A DNA stretch of 64,000 nt from positions 146,382,001 to 146,446,000 of the forward strand of contig OZ024741.1 of NCBI GenBank assembly GCA_964016885.1, given 5' to 3'. The translations under genes were made by a program, and so were the position numbers. This DNA is from Eledone cirrhosa. Its lineage: Eukaryota. Shown one piece after another: positions 62,866-64,000 of this stretch. Positions within the stretch are counted from its first letter, which is position 1; the number at the start of each line of letters is the position of its first letter. Below the pieces are notes generated by a model. The model was given only the letters and a program-made list of their open reading frames with translations, was not told where the DNA came from and searched no databases.

Positions 62866-64000
62866 TATAATTGAGTCATAGAGCCAGTTATTCCCTTTCA
62901 AAAATGTAGTTTCATGTAGTAAGGACATTAAGTGTTAACAGAAATGTGTGTCAAATCTACACTCCTAACACAATAGCTGAAACAATAATTTATCATGTTA
63001 TCCTCTATAATGTTTTGGTAAACTCTGCCACTGCAGATTCTGTCATTCATTCTTTTTAATTCAAAAAATTAAATACCAGTAGTAGTCTAGGTTACTATTG
63101 TATGTGTTCACTCAATGAATCAGTCTATTTGTGAAATTAACTTCCAAGTGACTGAGCATTCCATAAACATGTATACCCTCAATGTAATCCTCCCAGAGAT
63201 TAAACATGATACAGTGTGTAACAAGCCAAATAATTGAAAACTGGTTATACAGAGAGACTTGTATACTCTGTTACTCGCAGCTATCTGTATTGCTTTAACT
63301 TTTTTGATATCAACCCATCCCACACTGTCCCAATTCTATGATGACAAATCTCATGTACTCCTATTTGAATTATAGATTGGAGTCAATCTGACAATATTCC
63401 ACAACAGGCTTCCAAATAGTTTCCATATACCTAATTTTACGCACAAGTCTTGTATCAAACTAAAGCTATGATAAATGACACTTGCATGAGATGTCAAGCA
63501 GGGAGATTGAACCTGGAATCTTATAATTGTAAAGCAAACTTCCTAACCATTTGAGCATCCTGCATCCATGAAATAGTTATAATTGCTGTCTAGCTTCCTA
63601 TCACTTGAAGTTATCTACTTCTTAAAGGAGGCATGATTGCTGCTAAATGTGCAGCCATTTTTATGGTTAGTGTACTTGATGATTACTATGTCAATATTGA
63701 ATATAACATCAGTAAAAAAAAACAACAATATAAAAAAAGCTAATTTCAACAAGCCATCAATACGTTCATTTTAAAAGCTACAAACAGAAATAATTCTAAT
63801 TTTCTAAATGTGATTTTTTAAAGATAGAAATAAATAAATAGAGAATTTTGGCTACTTTAAAGTAAGCTATTTTACATAATTTTTAGTTTCCAATATAAAC
63901 TGATCAGGATTGGTAGCCTATTAATACTACAAACACAGCTTTTACCATATTAATTGGAATAATAGCATTTTTATAAGTATATTCTATATATGAACATATC

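Overview
AT-rich, repeat-dominated eukaryotic (metazoan) DNA. The SINE families and the (TA)n/(CA)n density suggest a cephalopod, probably Octopus (inference). Almost all ORFs in the supplied track are microsatellite artefacts or transposon fragments. Supported content: a Helitron remnant, piggyBac-type ends and MITEs, a mariner pseudogene, a pogo-like element carrying sequence shared with the piggyBac-type element, R4/Dong, CR1 and several RTE LINEs, tRNA-derived SINEs, and at least four Penelope-like elements (one Neptune-type, three resembling the Hydra clade). Host-gene evidence is limited to a probable penultimate and last exon on the minus strand near 8.1-8.5 kb, so most of the window may be intronic. 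The most interesting observations are: (1) an RTE family with a complete C4HC3 PHD finger inside its reverse transcriptase, and a 3' UTR containing a VNTR and a SINE-like body; (2) a cluster of hammerhead and half-hammerhead ribozyme modules in (TA)n tracts, none with a fully canonical core; (3) internally deleted RTE derivatives with conserved structured ends; (4) SINE arrays sharing a triplicated target-site duplication.
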